Shown here: positions 36,653 to 45,956 of the stretch, piece after piece
Position numbering within the stretch: position 1 is the stretch's first letter
Layout: every line of letters begins with the position of its first letter
Assembly: GCA_965279375.1 (NCBI GenBank)
Contig: OZ257156.1
Location: 4,864,001-4,928,000, forward strand
Source: Gemmatimonas sp.
GTDB taxonomy: Bacteria; Gemmatimonadota; Gemmatimonadetes; Gemmatimonadales; Gemmatimonadaceae
DNA: 64,000 nt
Direction: 5' to 3'
The notes under the pieces: model-generated
What the model saw: the letters and a program-made list of their open reading frames with translations, nothing else
What the model was told of the DNA's origin: nothing
Database searches by the model: none
Made by a program: the position numbers and the translations under genes

Positions 36653-38392
36653 GTGAAGCTTATTACCCGCTACGTGGTGCGAGAGCACGTCGGTCCGCTC
36701 GTGTTCGCGCTGACGGCGCTGACGTCGCTGCTCATGCTGCAGTACGTGGCCCGACAACTCGCCAATCTCGCCGGCAAGGGACTCCCTTGGTCGGTCATTT
36801 GGCAGTTCTTCTATCTGTCACTGCCGTTCACGATCGCCATGACGATGCCCATGGCGGTGCTCGTGGCGACGCTCTACGCCTTCGGTCGTATGGCGGCCGA
36901 ACATGAGATCACCGCCCTCAAGGCGAGTGGGGTGCGCGTCCGCTCGCTCGTGCTGCCGGTGATGGGCTGTGCATTCCTGCTCTCGCTGGGCATGGTCGCC
37001 TTCAACGACCAGGTCATGCCGCGGGCCAACCACAAGCTGCGCATCCTGCAACAGGACATCGCGCGTACCAAGCCGACGCTCGCACTGCGCGATCAGGTAC
37101 TCAACGCGCTCACCGACCAGTTCTACATGCGCGTCGGACGCAGCGACGCCGTGACGAACAAGATGTGGGACGTCACCATCTACGACCTGTCGCGCGGTCC
37201 GGAGCGGAAGACGATCTACGCCGACAGTGGCGTCTTCTCGTTGGCGCCCAACGGCCAGGATCTGCAGATGGAGCTGTTCGACGGCTACGCGCAGGAGTTC
37301 GTGCGCGCCGACAGTCGTCGCCTGCAGCGTTCCTTTTTTCGCACGCAGATGGTCCGCGTACGCAACATTTCGCGGACGTTCGAGTCATCGCAGGGCGACA
37401 GCTATAAGGGCGACCGCGAGATGACGATCTGCGAGATGCAGCAGAAGTACTACCTTAACGCGATCGAGTTCGAGCGAATCCGGCAGGACTACATCGCGTA
37501 TCTCTCGCGCACGGTCTCCAAGGGCACCAAGAGCATCGTCGTGCCGCGCCCGCGTCCGCGGAAGGACGCGCTGGCCAACGCGTATTGCACCGGCTTGCAG
37601 TCGGTCGCCTCCGTGTTCCGCGTGAAGACGGCGCAGGCGCAGGAACCGCCCAAGCCGGGTCAGCAGCCGCCGCAACAGCAACCGCCGACTCCGGCTCCCC
37701 AGCCACCGGCGCAGCAACAGCAACAGCAGCAGCAGCAACAGGTGCAGCCGGCTGCGCAGCCGCAGCCCGCGCTGGTCCCCGGCCAGGTGCCTCAACCGCC
37801 GACCGCGCGTGACTCGGCCAATGGCGTTCCGCCGGCCAGCGCGGTGCCGTCCACGCCGCCGCCGACGCCCGACCCGAATGCCGCCATCCCGGCGCCGTTG
37901 ATTCCGCAGACGGTGGACTCGGTCGCAATGTTCAAGGGCGCCGCATTGGCTGCCACCACGCAGCTCAACGACTCGCGCGAATCGCTGGATAGCCTCAGCG
38001 TGGAGATCCAGAAGAAGTTCGCGCTCTCCTTCGCCTGCCTCGTGTTCGTGCTCTTCGGGCCGCCGATCGCGCTCCGCTTTCCGCGCGGCGGCGTGGGTGT
38101 CACGCTCGGCGTGAGCATCGTGGTGTTCGGTCTCTACTACATCTGCCTCATGGCTGGTGAAGCGCTCGCCGACAAGGGACGCCTGCCAGCAATCGTCGCG
38201 ATGTGGGTCGCCAACGTGATCTTCGGGATCACAGGCGTGTTGCTGCTGTGGCGCGTCGAGTCCACCACGGACACCTCGCGTGGCGGCGGGCTTCTCGATT
38301 GGTGGGCCGACCGCAAGGCGAGGGCATCGCTGCGGGCACTCGAGCGGGCCGAGCGCGCGACCGCCAAGGCGTCACCGGCGGCGGGCGCATGA
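36653..38392 (+). CDS. lptF: LptF/LptG family permease (LptF-like) with a large Pro/Gln-rich insertion
   Basis: LITRYVVRE, PMAVLVATL, EITALKASG, EIQKKFALSFACL. Confidence 0.88.
   Translation: MKLITRYVVREHVGPLVFALTALTSLLMLQYVARQLANLAGKGLPWSVIWQFFYLSLPFTIAMTMPMAVLVATLYAFGRMAAEHEITALKASGVRVRSLVLPVMGCAFLLSLGMVAFNDQVMPRANHKLRILQQDIARTKPTLALRDQVLNALTDQFYMRVGRSDAVTNKMWDVTIYDLSRGPERKTIYADSGVFSLAPNGQDLQMELFDGYAQEFVRADSRRLQRSFFRTQMVRVRNISRTFESSQGDSYKGDREMTICEMQQKYYLNAIEFERIRQDYIAYLSRTVSKGTKSIVVPRPRPRKDALANAYCTGLQSVASVFRVKTAQAQEPPKPGQQPPQQQPPTPAPQPPAQQQQQQQQQQVQPAAQPQPALVPGQVPQPPTARDSANGVPPASAVPSTPPPTPDPNAAIPAPLIPQTVDSVAMFKGAALAATTQLNDSRESLDSLSVEIQKKFALSFACLVFVLFGPPIALRFPRGGVGVTLGVSIVVFGLYYICLMAGEALADKGRLPAIVAMWVANVIFGITGVLLLWRVESTTDTSRGGGLLDWWADRKARASLRALERAERATAKASPAAGA
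37662..37766 (+). repeat. In-frame CAG/CAA Gln- and Pro-rich low-complexity tract
   Basis: CAGCAACAGCAACAGCAGCAGCAGCAACAG encodes ten Gln within QQPPQQQPP...QPQP. Confidence 0.8.
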
Positions 38393-39507
38393 CGAGCAGC
38401 TCTGAACGCACAGCGTCGAGCCACGGTCGGCGTCGCTTCATCACGCCGCTCGATCGGTATGTGGCGAGCGAGTTCGTCCGCATCTTCGGCGTGACGATGC
38501 TCGGCTTCCCCGTGCTCGTCTTCGTGATCGATCTCGTGGACAACCTGCGCAAGTACACCGAGCGCAAGCTGACCATGCAGGCAGTGGCGATGAGCTACCT
38601 GTACTGGATTCCCGATACGCTGTTCATGGTGCTGCCGGTCGCGGTGCTGTTTGCCACGGTGTTTTCGATCGGCACGTTCACACGGTACTCCGAGATCACG
38701 GCGGCCAAGGCCTCGGGGATCAGCTTTTACCGGTTCATTGCGCCCATCGTCGTGCTCGCCTTCCTGGCCACCGGTATCGATCTGGTGTTCAGCGAGGTGG
38801 CACCGCCGGCCAACGCCAAGCGACTCAAGCTGCTCGAGGGCAATTCTTTCCGAGACAATGCGCGCTACAACTTCGCCTTTGCGAGTGAAGCGGGGCGCGT
38901 CTATCGCATCTACACGCTCGACGTGGCGCAGCTCACCGTGGACAACATCGAGCTCGAAAAGCGCGTCTCCGACAAGCAGCCCGGACAGTTGATCGCGGCG
39001 AAAGGCGGCAAGTGGCACGCCAATCGCGGTTGGATGCTGACATCGGGGACGATGCACGTCGTTCCCAATGACACCGTGGACCTCGCGGTGTCGTTCGACT
39101 CCATCGCCGATCGGGAGATGAAGGAAACACCGTCGGAGCTGCGCGCCAGCGAGCGCCAGCCGACGGAGATGAACTTCGCCGACCTGACGCAATTCATCAA
39201 AGTGCTGGAGCGTTCCGGAGCGGAAGTGAACACGCTCAAGGTGGAGCGTATGCTCAAGATCGCGATCCCCGTCACCTGCATCATCATTGCACTCTTCGGA
39301 GCACCGCTGGCCACCAGCTCCCAGCGCGGCGGTGCGGCGTATGGTGTGGCCATCAGCCTCGCGGTGACGATCCTCTTCCTCGTGCTCATTCAACTCACCA
39401 AGGCCATCGGCGGCAAAGGAATTGTCTCGCCGGAGGCCGCCGCGTGGATGCCCAATGCGCTGTGCGGCATCATCGCGCTGGTGCTGTTGGCGCGTGTCCG
39501 GACCTGA
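38389..39507 (+). CDS. lptG: LptF/LptG family permease (LptG-like)
   Basis: LDRYV, EITAAKASGIS, AAWMPN, ATGA overlap with lptF. Confidence 0.88.
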   Translation: MTSSSERTASSHGRRRFITPLDRYVASEFVRIFGVTMLGFPVLVFVIDLVDNLRKYTERKLTMQAVAMSYLYWIPDTLFMVLPVAVLFATVFSIGTFTRYSEITAAKASGISFYRFIAPIVVLAFLATGIDLVFSEVAPPANAKRLKLLEGNSFRDNARYNFAFASEAGRVYRIYTLDVAQLTVDNIELEKRVSDKQPGQLIAAKGGKWHANRGWMLTSGTMHVVPNDTVDLAVSFDSIADREMKETPSELRASERQPTEMNFADLTQFIKVLERSGAEVNTLKVERMLKIAIPVTCIIIALFGAPLATSSQRGGAAYGVAISLAVTILFLVLIQLTKAIGGKGIVSPEAAAWMPNALCGIIALVLLARVRT

Positions 39508-39522
39508 CCTCGTGATCAAGTA

Positions 39523-40320
39523 ATGCCGTTCCGTCCTGATGTGCTGCTGCGTCTCGCGATGCACCGGACCTCGAAGATTCTCACCGCGATCGGCAAGCGC
39601 GCGTACTACGCGCGCGACATCGCCCGCGCGGTGCGGGAGCCGGGGACGTGGGCGCCCGAGACGATCCGGCAGATGAAGACGATCGGCGTGGAGTCGCTGC
39701 CGCTCTCGATGATCGTCGCCGCGTTTCTGGGCGGCGTCACCGCCTTCCAGACGCGCTACCAGCTCTTCCCCGGCGTGCAGCTGTCGGTGGTCGGACTCAT
39801 CGCGCGCCAGAGCATCGTGCTCGAGCTCGGGCCGCTGCTCATCGCGCTTGTGCTCACTGGTCGCATCGGCGCACGCATGACCGCTGAAATCGGAACCATG
39901 CGCGTGACCGAGCAGATCGATGCGCTCGAAACACTCTCCTTCGACCCGATCGCCTATCTCGCGCTGCCGCGTTTGATCGCGACGCTGATCATGCTGCCGG
40001 CGCTGACGATGATCGCCAACGCGACCGCTATCGCCAGTGCGTGGGCTACGCTCATCCTGGCCACCGATGTGCGCACCGACGACTTCGTGTCGGGACTGCG
40101 GCTGGCCTTCACCGAGTTCCAGGTCGTCTACTCGATGATCAAAGCGGTGTCGTTCGGCGGTGCCATCGCGCTGGTGTGTTCGTATGAAGGCTACGTGACC
40201 GAAGCTGGTGCCGAAGGCGTGGGCCGCTCTACCGCACTCGCCGTCGTCATTGCGTCGGTCTCCATTCTCGTGCTCGACGCCATCGTCGCGGCGATCTTCG
40301 CTCCGTTCATTCAGGCATAA
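39523..40320 (+). CDS. mlaE: MlaE family ABC permease
   Basis: ELGPLL, GRIGA..TAEIGTMRVTEQIDAL, GAEGVGRST. Confidence 0.92.
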   Translation: MPFRPDVLLRLAMHRTSKILTAIGKRAYYARDIARAVREPGTWAPETIRQMKTIGVESLPLSMIVAAFLGGVTAFQTRYQLFPGVQLSVVGLIARQSIVLELGPLLIALVLTGRIGARMTAEIGTMRVTEQIDALETLSFDPIAYLALPRLIATLIMLPALTMIANATAIASAWATLILATDVRTDDFVSGLRLAFTEFQVVYSMIKAVSFGGAIALVCSYEGYVTEAGAEGVGRSTALAVVIASVSILVLDAIVAAIFAPFIQA

Positions 40321-40355
40321 GGACGCTTCATGCCTCGCACTCAATTTCTCGTCTC

Positions 40356-41240
40356 ATGAAAAGCCGTCGTGATGAAGTCATGGTGGGGCTCACGCTCCTC
40401 TTCGCCGTTGTGGTTGGGCTGGGCGGCACCGTCTGGGTGGCGCGCGGTGGCCTCTCCAGCGGCTACGACATGTACGGCCGCTTCCCATGGGGCGCCGGAC
40501 TGAAGACCGGGCAAGCCGTTTTGCTGGCCGGCGTGCAGGTCGGCTTCGTGAAGAAGGTCGAGCTCGTGCCGGACGGAACGCTCTCGGTCACGATGCAGAT
40601 CAACAAGGAGTACCAGGTCCCCAAGGGCTCCGTCGCCACGGTCGAGGCCAACGGCATCTTCGGCGATCAGCTCATCGCCGTGACCGCGCCGCTCGGCGTG
40701 AAGACGTTCTTGGCGCCGAACGATACGATTCCGGCGGGCAAGGGTTCGCCGCGCACCGGCGAGTTGCTGACCAAGGGTGACTCCATCGCCACGGACATTC
40801 GCGCGCTCACCAGCAAGGTGCGATCGGAGTACGTGGAAGGGGGCGGCCTCGCCGACACGCGCAAGACGATCAACGATCTCACCAAGTTGGTCGCGCAGCT
40901 CAGCTCAGTGGCCGCCGAGCAGTCCAAGCAGCTCACCACGACCCAACAAGCGCTGCGTCGCACGCTCGCCTCGGTGGACTCGGCGAAGGTCGACTCCACG
41001 ATCGCCAACTTGCGTTCTGCGTCGGCCAACGTCGAAAAGCTCACGCGCGCACTCGACTCCACGCGCACGGCGGTGAATCTGGTGGTGGCCAAGGTGAACA
41101 ACGGCCCGGGCACCGTGGGCAAGCTGATGAACGATCCGGCCGTTTACGCGCGCGTGGACACGTTGCTGATGCGGCTCGACTCGCTGACGATCGACATCAA
41201 GAAGAACCCGCGGAAGTACATCAACCTGAAGATCTTCTAG
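40356..41240 (+). CDS. mlaD: MlaD/MCE family protein
   Basis: N-terminal TM, GLKTGQAVLLAGVQVGFV, GIFGDQ, helical tail, GTVGKLMND, DIKKNPRKY. Confidence 0.9.
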   Translation: MKSRRDEVMVGLTLLFAVVVGLGGTVWVARGGLSSGYDMYGRFPWGAGLKTGQAVLLAGVQVGFVKKVELVPDGTLSVTMQINKEYQVPKGSVATVEANGIFGDQLIAVTAPLGVKTFLAPNDTIPAGKGSPRTGELLTKGDSIATDIRALTSKVRSEYVEGGGLADTRKTINDLTKLVAQLSSVAAEQSKQLTTTQQALRRTLASVDSAKVDSTIANLRSASANVEKLTRALDSTRTAVNLVVAKVNNGPGTVGKLMNDPAVYARVDTLLMRLDSLTIDIKKNPRKYINLKIF

Positions 41241-41244
41241 GCCA

Positions 41245-41706
41245 CTACGGCGCGGCGCGCGGCCGCAGCGCGCGCGCCAGCGCATCCAGTTCCGCACTCG
41301 GCGCCGCGAAAAACTCCGCGTCGGCTGCCTCCACCAACGCGATGGCCTGCTTGACGAGCGCGCCGCCCACGCTGGTAAGCACGATGCGCCGTGCGCGCGC
41401 ATCGTCAGGATGCGGCAGCCGTTCGAGAAAGCCTTTGCGCTCAAGCGTGCGCAGGACCTCCGAGGTCATCACCGCATCGGTGCGCGCATGCTCCGCGATC
41501 TGCGCCTGCGTCACCGGAGCGCCGTCCGCATGGCCTTCAAGCCAGCCGGCGCTCGCGAGCAAGACAAACTGCGCGTGAGTGAGTCCCACGGCATCGAGCG
41601 CCGTGCGCAGGTGGCGCTGCCAGAGCGTCGCCACCTGCCAAAGCAGAAATCCCGGACTCGCTGACGGTTGTTCGAATCGCGTTCCAATATCCACCGGACG
41701 CTCCAT
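41245..41706 (-). CDS. MarR family transcriptional regulator
   Basis: SPGFLLWQ, GLTHAQFVLL, MTSEVLRTLERKG, DARAR. GGAGG RBS. Confidence 0.92.
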   Translation of the reverse strand: MERPVDIGTRFEQPSASPGFLLWQVATLWQRHLRTALDAVGLTHAQFVLLASAGWLEGHADGAPVTQAQIAEHARTDAVMTSEVLRTLERKGFLERLPHPDDARARRIVLTSVGGALVKQAIALVEAADAEFFAAPSAELDALARALRPRAAP

Positions 41707-41744
41707 GGTTCCTCCTGCCCTCACTTCGTTGCGGTAGGCCGGCG

Positions 41745-42206
41745 TCACGTCGCCGTGAGTTCGGCAGACATCGCCAGCTCCGCGCAGGCGGCGAGCGACC
41801 GCACGGTCTCGGGCAGCCCTGTAACGAACGACGGGCCAAGGATTCGCGCTACCACCGGTCCAAACAGTCCCGCGATGCGAATGCGGTGCGTGATGCGTGT
41901 GCCGCCTGTGGGAAGTGCATCGAGGCAATGCTCGCCCTCGATGCGGGCCAGCGGCAGCAGCCAATGCGGGAACGGCGTGACGTCGGCGAAGCTGCGGTTG
42001 GCGGTGGCTTCCACGATGTCGAAGCGGAGCCGTGGACCGCCGGTCGGCGTCAGGTAGCCTCGCGTTCCGGAGGCCAGCGGTCCCTCCAGCTCGCAGCGGT
42101 CGAGCCCTGCGTCCCAGTCGGTCCACCGCGAGACGGCGACGTACTTCTCCCAGATGACGGACGGCGAGGCCTCAGAGACCGCGGAGGCCGAGGTGGACCA
42201 CGACAT
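41745..42206 (-). CDS. SRPBCC / polyketide cyclase-dehydrase family protein
   Basis: ASPSVIW...WTDWD...LEGPLASGT, GGTRITH. AGGAG RBS. Confidence 0.85.
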   Translation of the reverse strand: MSWSTSASAVSEASPSVIWEKYVAVSRWTDWDAGLDRCELEGPLASGTRGYLTPTGGPRLRFDIVEATANRSFADVTPFPHWLLPLARIEGEHCLDALPTGGTRITHRIRIAGLFGPVVARILGPSFVTGLPETVRSLAACAELAMSAELTAT

Positions 42207-42220
42207 GGCGCACTCCTTTT

Positions 42221-42277
42221 ATACGTGAACGTATTAAATCGGAGCTGGATAGTACGTACACGTATAATAAACGTCAA
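42221..42277 (-). promoter_or_regulatory. Sigma70-type promoter with two palindromic operators
   Basis: Minus strand TTGACG (42277-42272), 17 nt spacer, TACTAT (42254-42249). TACGT-N2-ACGTA palindromes at 42222-42233 and 42253-42264. Confidence 0.8.
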
Positions 42278-42288
42278 GGGGGATGCGA

Positions 42289-42318
42289 AACGGGGGATGC
42301 CAGTTGGCACCCCCCGTT
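42289..42318 (-). terminator. Putative intrinsic terminator after the TonB-dependent receptor
   Basis: Minus strand AACGGGGGGTGCCA-AC-TGGCATCCCCCGTT then TCG, about 80 nt after the stop. Confidence 0.65.
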
Positions 42319-42396
42319 CCACACAGCCTTCGAACGCCCATTGAGAGAACGTCGCCAGACCGCCAGGCGCTCAGGCCAAGCGAGCGGCCCCTTGGC

Positions 42397-45300
42397 TTAG
42401 AACGACAACCGCAGCGACGCCTGCAGCTGATAGAACTGGCTGAAGCTGAGCGGCGTGAAGCGGGTGTTGAAGTTGTTCGTGAACGTCACCACCGGCACCT
42501 GCGTCGCCGGGTCGGCGCTCGTCATCGACTGCACGTTGAGCAACGTGGCGTTGCCATTGCCCGTGGCGGACTTGATGCGTCCCCACTTGCTGTTGAGCAG
42601 GTTGGCCGCGTTGAAGATGTCGAGACGGAACGTGGCGCGTTCACCGCGAATCGTGGGCAGCTGCTGTTCGATCGTCAGGTCGAAGCGATCGAACATCGGG
42701 TTGCGGCACGACGTCGGCTTCATGATGGTGCCGCGCTGGTTGGCGAGGCAGCTGTTGTCGTTGATGTAGGCATCGAGCGACGCGGCCTGCTGCGCCGGCG
42801 TCAGCGTTACACCGCCCACCGTCGTGGCGACAAAGCCCATCTTCGGATCGGTCGGGCCGGTCGGGATGTAGATCGGATCGTTGGCGTTCGAGCCATCGCC
42901 GTTCATGTCACCGCGGCCGCCGTTGCCACCATACACGAACGCGTACGGCGTACCCGACTGCTTGCTGTAGTAGAACGTGACGTTCGTCTGATTCGTCTTC
43001 CACGGCGCCGTGTACGTGCCGTTGATCAGCACGCGATGCGGCTGGTCGAACAGCGACGGGTTAAGCGGCTGATCCGTCTGCAGCCCCGAGTACACGCGGC
43101 CGAACTGCCAGTTGGACAACGCGACGGACGACGTGAGGTCGGTGACCGAGTAGCTGCGGCTGTACGTGTATGCCACCGAGCCCTCGAACGAGCCGGTGAA
43201 GCGCTTGCGCAGCTGCGACGTCGCGCTGTACGCGTGGTCCTTCGACTGGTTGGACAGCTCGATCACGTTGCTGCCGTAGACCGGGAAGAGCGGCGCCACG
43301 GTGGGGATGCCGGTTGCCGGGAAGTTGGCGAACACCGTGCGCCCCTGCGCGTCGATGCGACCCGTCTGCGGGATGTTGATGTTGTTGTAGAAGAAGTTGT
43401 TGATGCTGCGCGAGTACAACCCTTCCACGGTCGCGATCAGGTTGCCCGGCAGCTTGCGGTCGTAGCCGAAGGTGGCGCGAAGCAGCTGCGGGAACTTGAG
43501 GTCCGGATCGGCGAGGTTGACGGTACCGAGGAACGTGCCGTCATCGAGGCTGCGACCGGCGGTGCCGTTGGTCTTGAGGCCGCAACCGCGCGGCGATACC
43601 GGCGTGGCGTTGAACAGCGGCGATGCGCCGTTGGTGGCCGCGACGGCGCCACCGCAAGTGATCTGCGCGAGACCCGCGCCGGTGTTCTGGAACTGGTTGG
43701 ACATCCACACATACGCCGGAATGCCCTGGAAGAGACCGACACCACCGCGCACCTGATTCTGCTGATCGCCGGTGACGTCCCAGTTGAAGCCCAAGCGCGG
43801 CGAGAACTGCAGGTTGCCCGACGGCAGATCGCTGGTGCTGCGACCGAAGTCGCGCTGCACGGCGGCGGCGAACGACGGCTTGTCGAAGAAGAGCGGCACG
43901 TCGACGCGCAGACCGAACGTCGCCGTGAGACGCGGCGTCACCGACCACTGATCCTGCACGTAGGCGGCAAGCTGCGCGGCCATGAAGTTGGCGACGACAT
44001 CGCCACCGAGACCGCCAGAACCGGAGAACGACGCCGGCGTCCGATTGGCGACGAAATCGGCGAGCGTGTTGAACGTGTAGTTGCCGTACGAGTTCTGCAG
44101 AAACGCGTTGTAGGCCTTGTAGATCTCGTTGCGCGTACCGATCGACACGAGGTGATTGCCGAGCGGCATCGTGAAGTTGTTCTGGATCTCGTAGAGATCT
44201 TCACGCAGCTCATTGCCCTGCGAGCTGTTTTCCGTGCCGGCGCGGAAGGCGATGCCCGATCCGGTGCCACCGATGTTCTGCACGAGCACCTGCGGCGCGA
44301 GCACATCGGAGTTGCGCTTGAAACGCGTGCTGGTGAGGCCGAGCGTGAATTCGTTGGAGAAGCCGTTGGCGAAGTTGGTGAAGACCTGCCCGACGACCTG
44401 ATTGGACTTCTCCGTGCGGCGGAAGCCGTTGGAGAGGAAGTTGAACGTGCCCAACGAGCGCGAGAAGTCGAACGCTTCCTGGTCGTTGTAGATGTTGCGC
44501 AGCACGAAGCGCGTCCGGTCCGACAGCTGGTAGTCAAGACGCACGAAGGTGTTGAGCAGCGGGTTCTCGTTCGAGGTCAGGCCGCCGCTGCCGGCGGCAA
44601 TGCCCTTGCTCGACAGGTAGTTCACGAACGAGTCCACCTGTGCCGTCGTGATGCGTGCGGTGGCGACCGGCGAGTTCACGAGACCCGTGGGCGACGTGGG
44701 ATCGTAGAACGGTCCCGACGACGGCGCGACATTCTGGCTCGTCTCGACCGTCGCGAAGAAGCGCAGCTTGTTCTTGATGATCGGGCCGCCGAGCGAGAAG
44801 CCCATCTGGCGGCGCACGAAGGGCGCGGTACGCAGGAAGGCCGTGTCGCGCGCCATCTGCTGGTCGCGGTAGTAGAGGAAACCCGAGCCCTTGAATTCGT
44901 TCGTGCCCGACTGCGTCACTGCGTTAACCAAGGCGCCGGTGAAGTTGCCCTGACGAACGTCGTACGGCGACACGAGGATCTGGAATTCCTTGATGGCGTC
45001 GAGCGGCAGCGCGCGTCCGCCCACCTGCGCGCCAACCGTCGGCGAGGCACCCAGACCAAAGCGATTGGCCAGCGACACACCGTCGATCTGGATGTTGTTG
45101 AAGCGGTTGTTCTGGCCGGCGGCGGAGATACGCCCGTCCTGCGCCACGTTCACCTGCGGCGAGTTGCGGATGAGATCCGACACGTCGCGGTTGAGCGTCG
45201 GCAACCGACGCACGAGCGTATCAGTGAGAACCGTCTGCGCGCCCTGTCGAGTGGCCGTGAAGTCGGAGGTGGTCGCGGCAACGCGCGTCTCGACGGTGCC

Positions 45301-45660
45301 AAGGCGAACCGCCTGCTCCTTGAGCACGATGTCCACGCGCGTGGCCTGCGTGAGGCTCACGACGATGTCCTTCTTCGTCTCCGGGCCGTAGCCGATCAGG
45401 CGAACCGTGACCGTGTACGTGCCGACTTCAAGATTCGGGATCAGGAAACGGCCGTTCTCGCGAGTGAGCTGACCGGCGCGAGCGCCATTGGTCACGTTCA
45501 CCACTTGAACCTGCGCGTTCGGCAGCCCGGCGTTCTTGTCGTTCGTGACGGTGCCGGAGATGGCTCCGGTCGTCGTGCCCTGCGCCCGGACGGGCGAGGA
45601 AAGGCCAAGCGCCAGGCCAGCCGCCACCAGGGCGTGTCCGAGCCAACGATGATTGCGCAT
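42397..45660 (-). CDS. TonB-dependent receptor, Oar-like, with a carboxypeptidase-regulatory-like N-terminal domain
   Basis: Signal AQG, GAISGTVT, NNIQIDG, LDAIKEFQI, TQSGTNEFKG, YVQDQW, FSPRLGF, terminal LRLSF. Confidence 0.93.
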   Translation of the reverse strand: MRNHRWLGHALVAAGLALGLSSPVRAQGTTTGAISGTVTNDKNAGLPNAQVQVVNVTNGARAGQLTRENGRFLIPNLEVGTYTVTVRLIGYGPETKKDIVVSLTQATRVDIVLKEQAVRLGTVETRVAATTSDFTATRQGAQTVLTDTLVRRLPTLNRDVSDLIRNSPQVNVAQDGRISAAGQNNRFNNIQIDGVSLANRFGLGASPTVGAQVGGRALPLDAIKEFQILVSPYDVRQGNFTGALVNAVTQSGTNEFKGSGFLYYRDQQMARDTAFLRTAPFVRRQMGFSLGGPIIKNKLRFFATVETSQNVAPSSGPFYDPTSPTGLVNSPVATARITTAQVDSFVNYLSSKGIAAGSGGLTSNENPLLNTFVRLDYQLSDRTRFVLRNIYNDQEAFDFSRSLGTFNFLSNGFRRTEKSNQVVGQVFTNFANGFSNEFTLGLTSTRFKRNSDVLAPQVLVQNIGGTGSGIAFRAGTENSSQGNELREDLYEIQNNFTMPLGNHLVSIGTRNEIYKAYNAFLQNSYGNYTFNTLADFVANRTPASFSGSGGLGGDVVANFMAAQLAAYVQDQWSVTPRLTATFGLRVDVPLFFDKPSFAAAVQRDFGRSTSDLPSGNLQFSPRLGFNWDVTGDQQNQVRGGVGLFQGIPAYVWMSNQFQNTGAGLAQITCGGAVAATNGASPLFNATPVSPRGCGLKTNGTAGRSLDDGTFLGTVNLADPDLKFPQLLRATFGYDRKLPGNLIATVEGLYSRSINNFFYNNINIPQTGRIDAQGRTVFANFPATGIPTVAPLFPVYGSNVIELSNQSKDHAYSATSQLRKRFTGSFEGSVAYTYSRSYSVTDLTSSVALSNWQFGRVYSGLQTDQPLNPSLFDQPHRVLINGTYTAPWKTNQTNVTFYYSKQSGTPYAFVYGGNGGRGDMNGDGSNANDPIYIPTGPTDPKMGFVATTVGGVTLTPAQQAASLDAYINDNSCLANQRGTIMKPTSCRNPMFDRFDLTIEQQLPTIRGERATFRLDIFNAANLLNSKWGRIKSATGNGNATLLNVQSMTSADPATQVPVVTFTNNFNTRFTPLSFSQFYQLQASLRLSF

Positions 45661-45956
45661 GAGTCTGGGATTACCAGTTGAGTATCAAGGAACGGAGGCT
45701 CGCGCGCGGGACGCGAACCAACGGGCGAGCGGTACGGCGGAAGGGAAACCGGGCCGACTCACCGGACAAAACGTTACCGTGTGCCCGTGATGCAATCAAC
45801 GCGGCCACCGGCGGAACGGTCCGCGCGGCAGCCGAGTTGCAGAGACAACAGCGGCAAGAAATCCGGCGTCAACGCATTGCTGGCGCGAACCTGGGCCCGG
45901 CGCGCGTCGTTTCCATTCCGTGACGTTCATGACCGCGACCGCCACGAACGCGAGGT

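Noticed and set aside
38137..40344. 735 aa minus-strand ORF (likewise 27768-29423 on the plus strand)
   Set aside because: Antisense to lptG-mlaE and pilB respectively, Arg/His-rich with no recognisable domain.
42283..45681. 1132 aa plus-strand ORF
   Set aside because: Antisense shadow of the TonB-dependent receptor. It has no motifs, and such shadows are typical of GC-rich codon bias.
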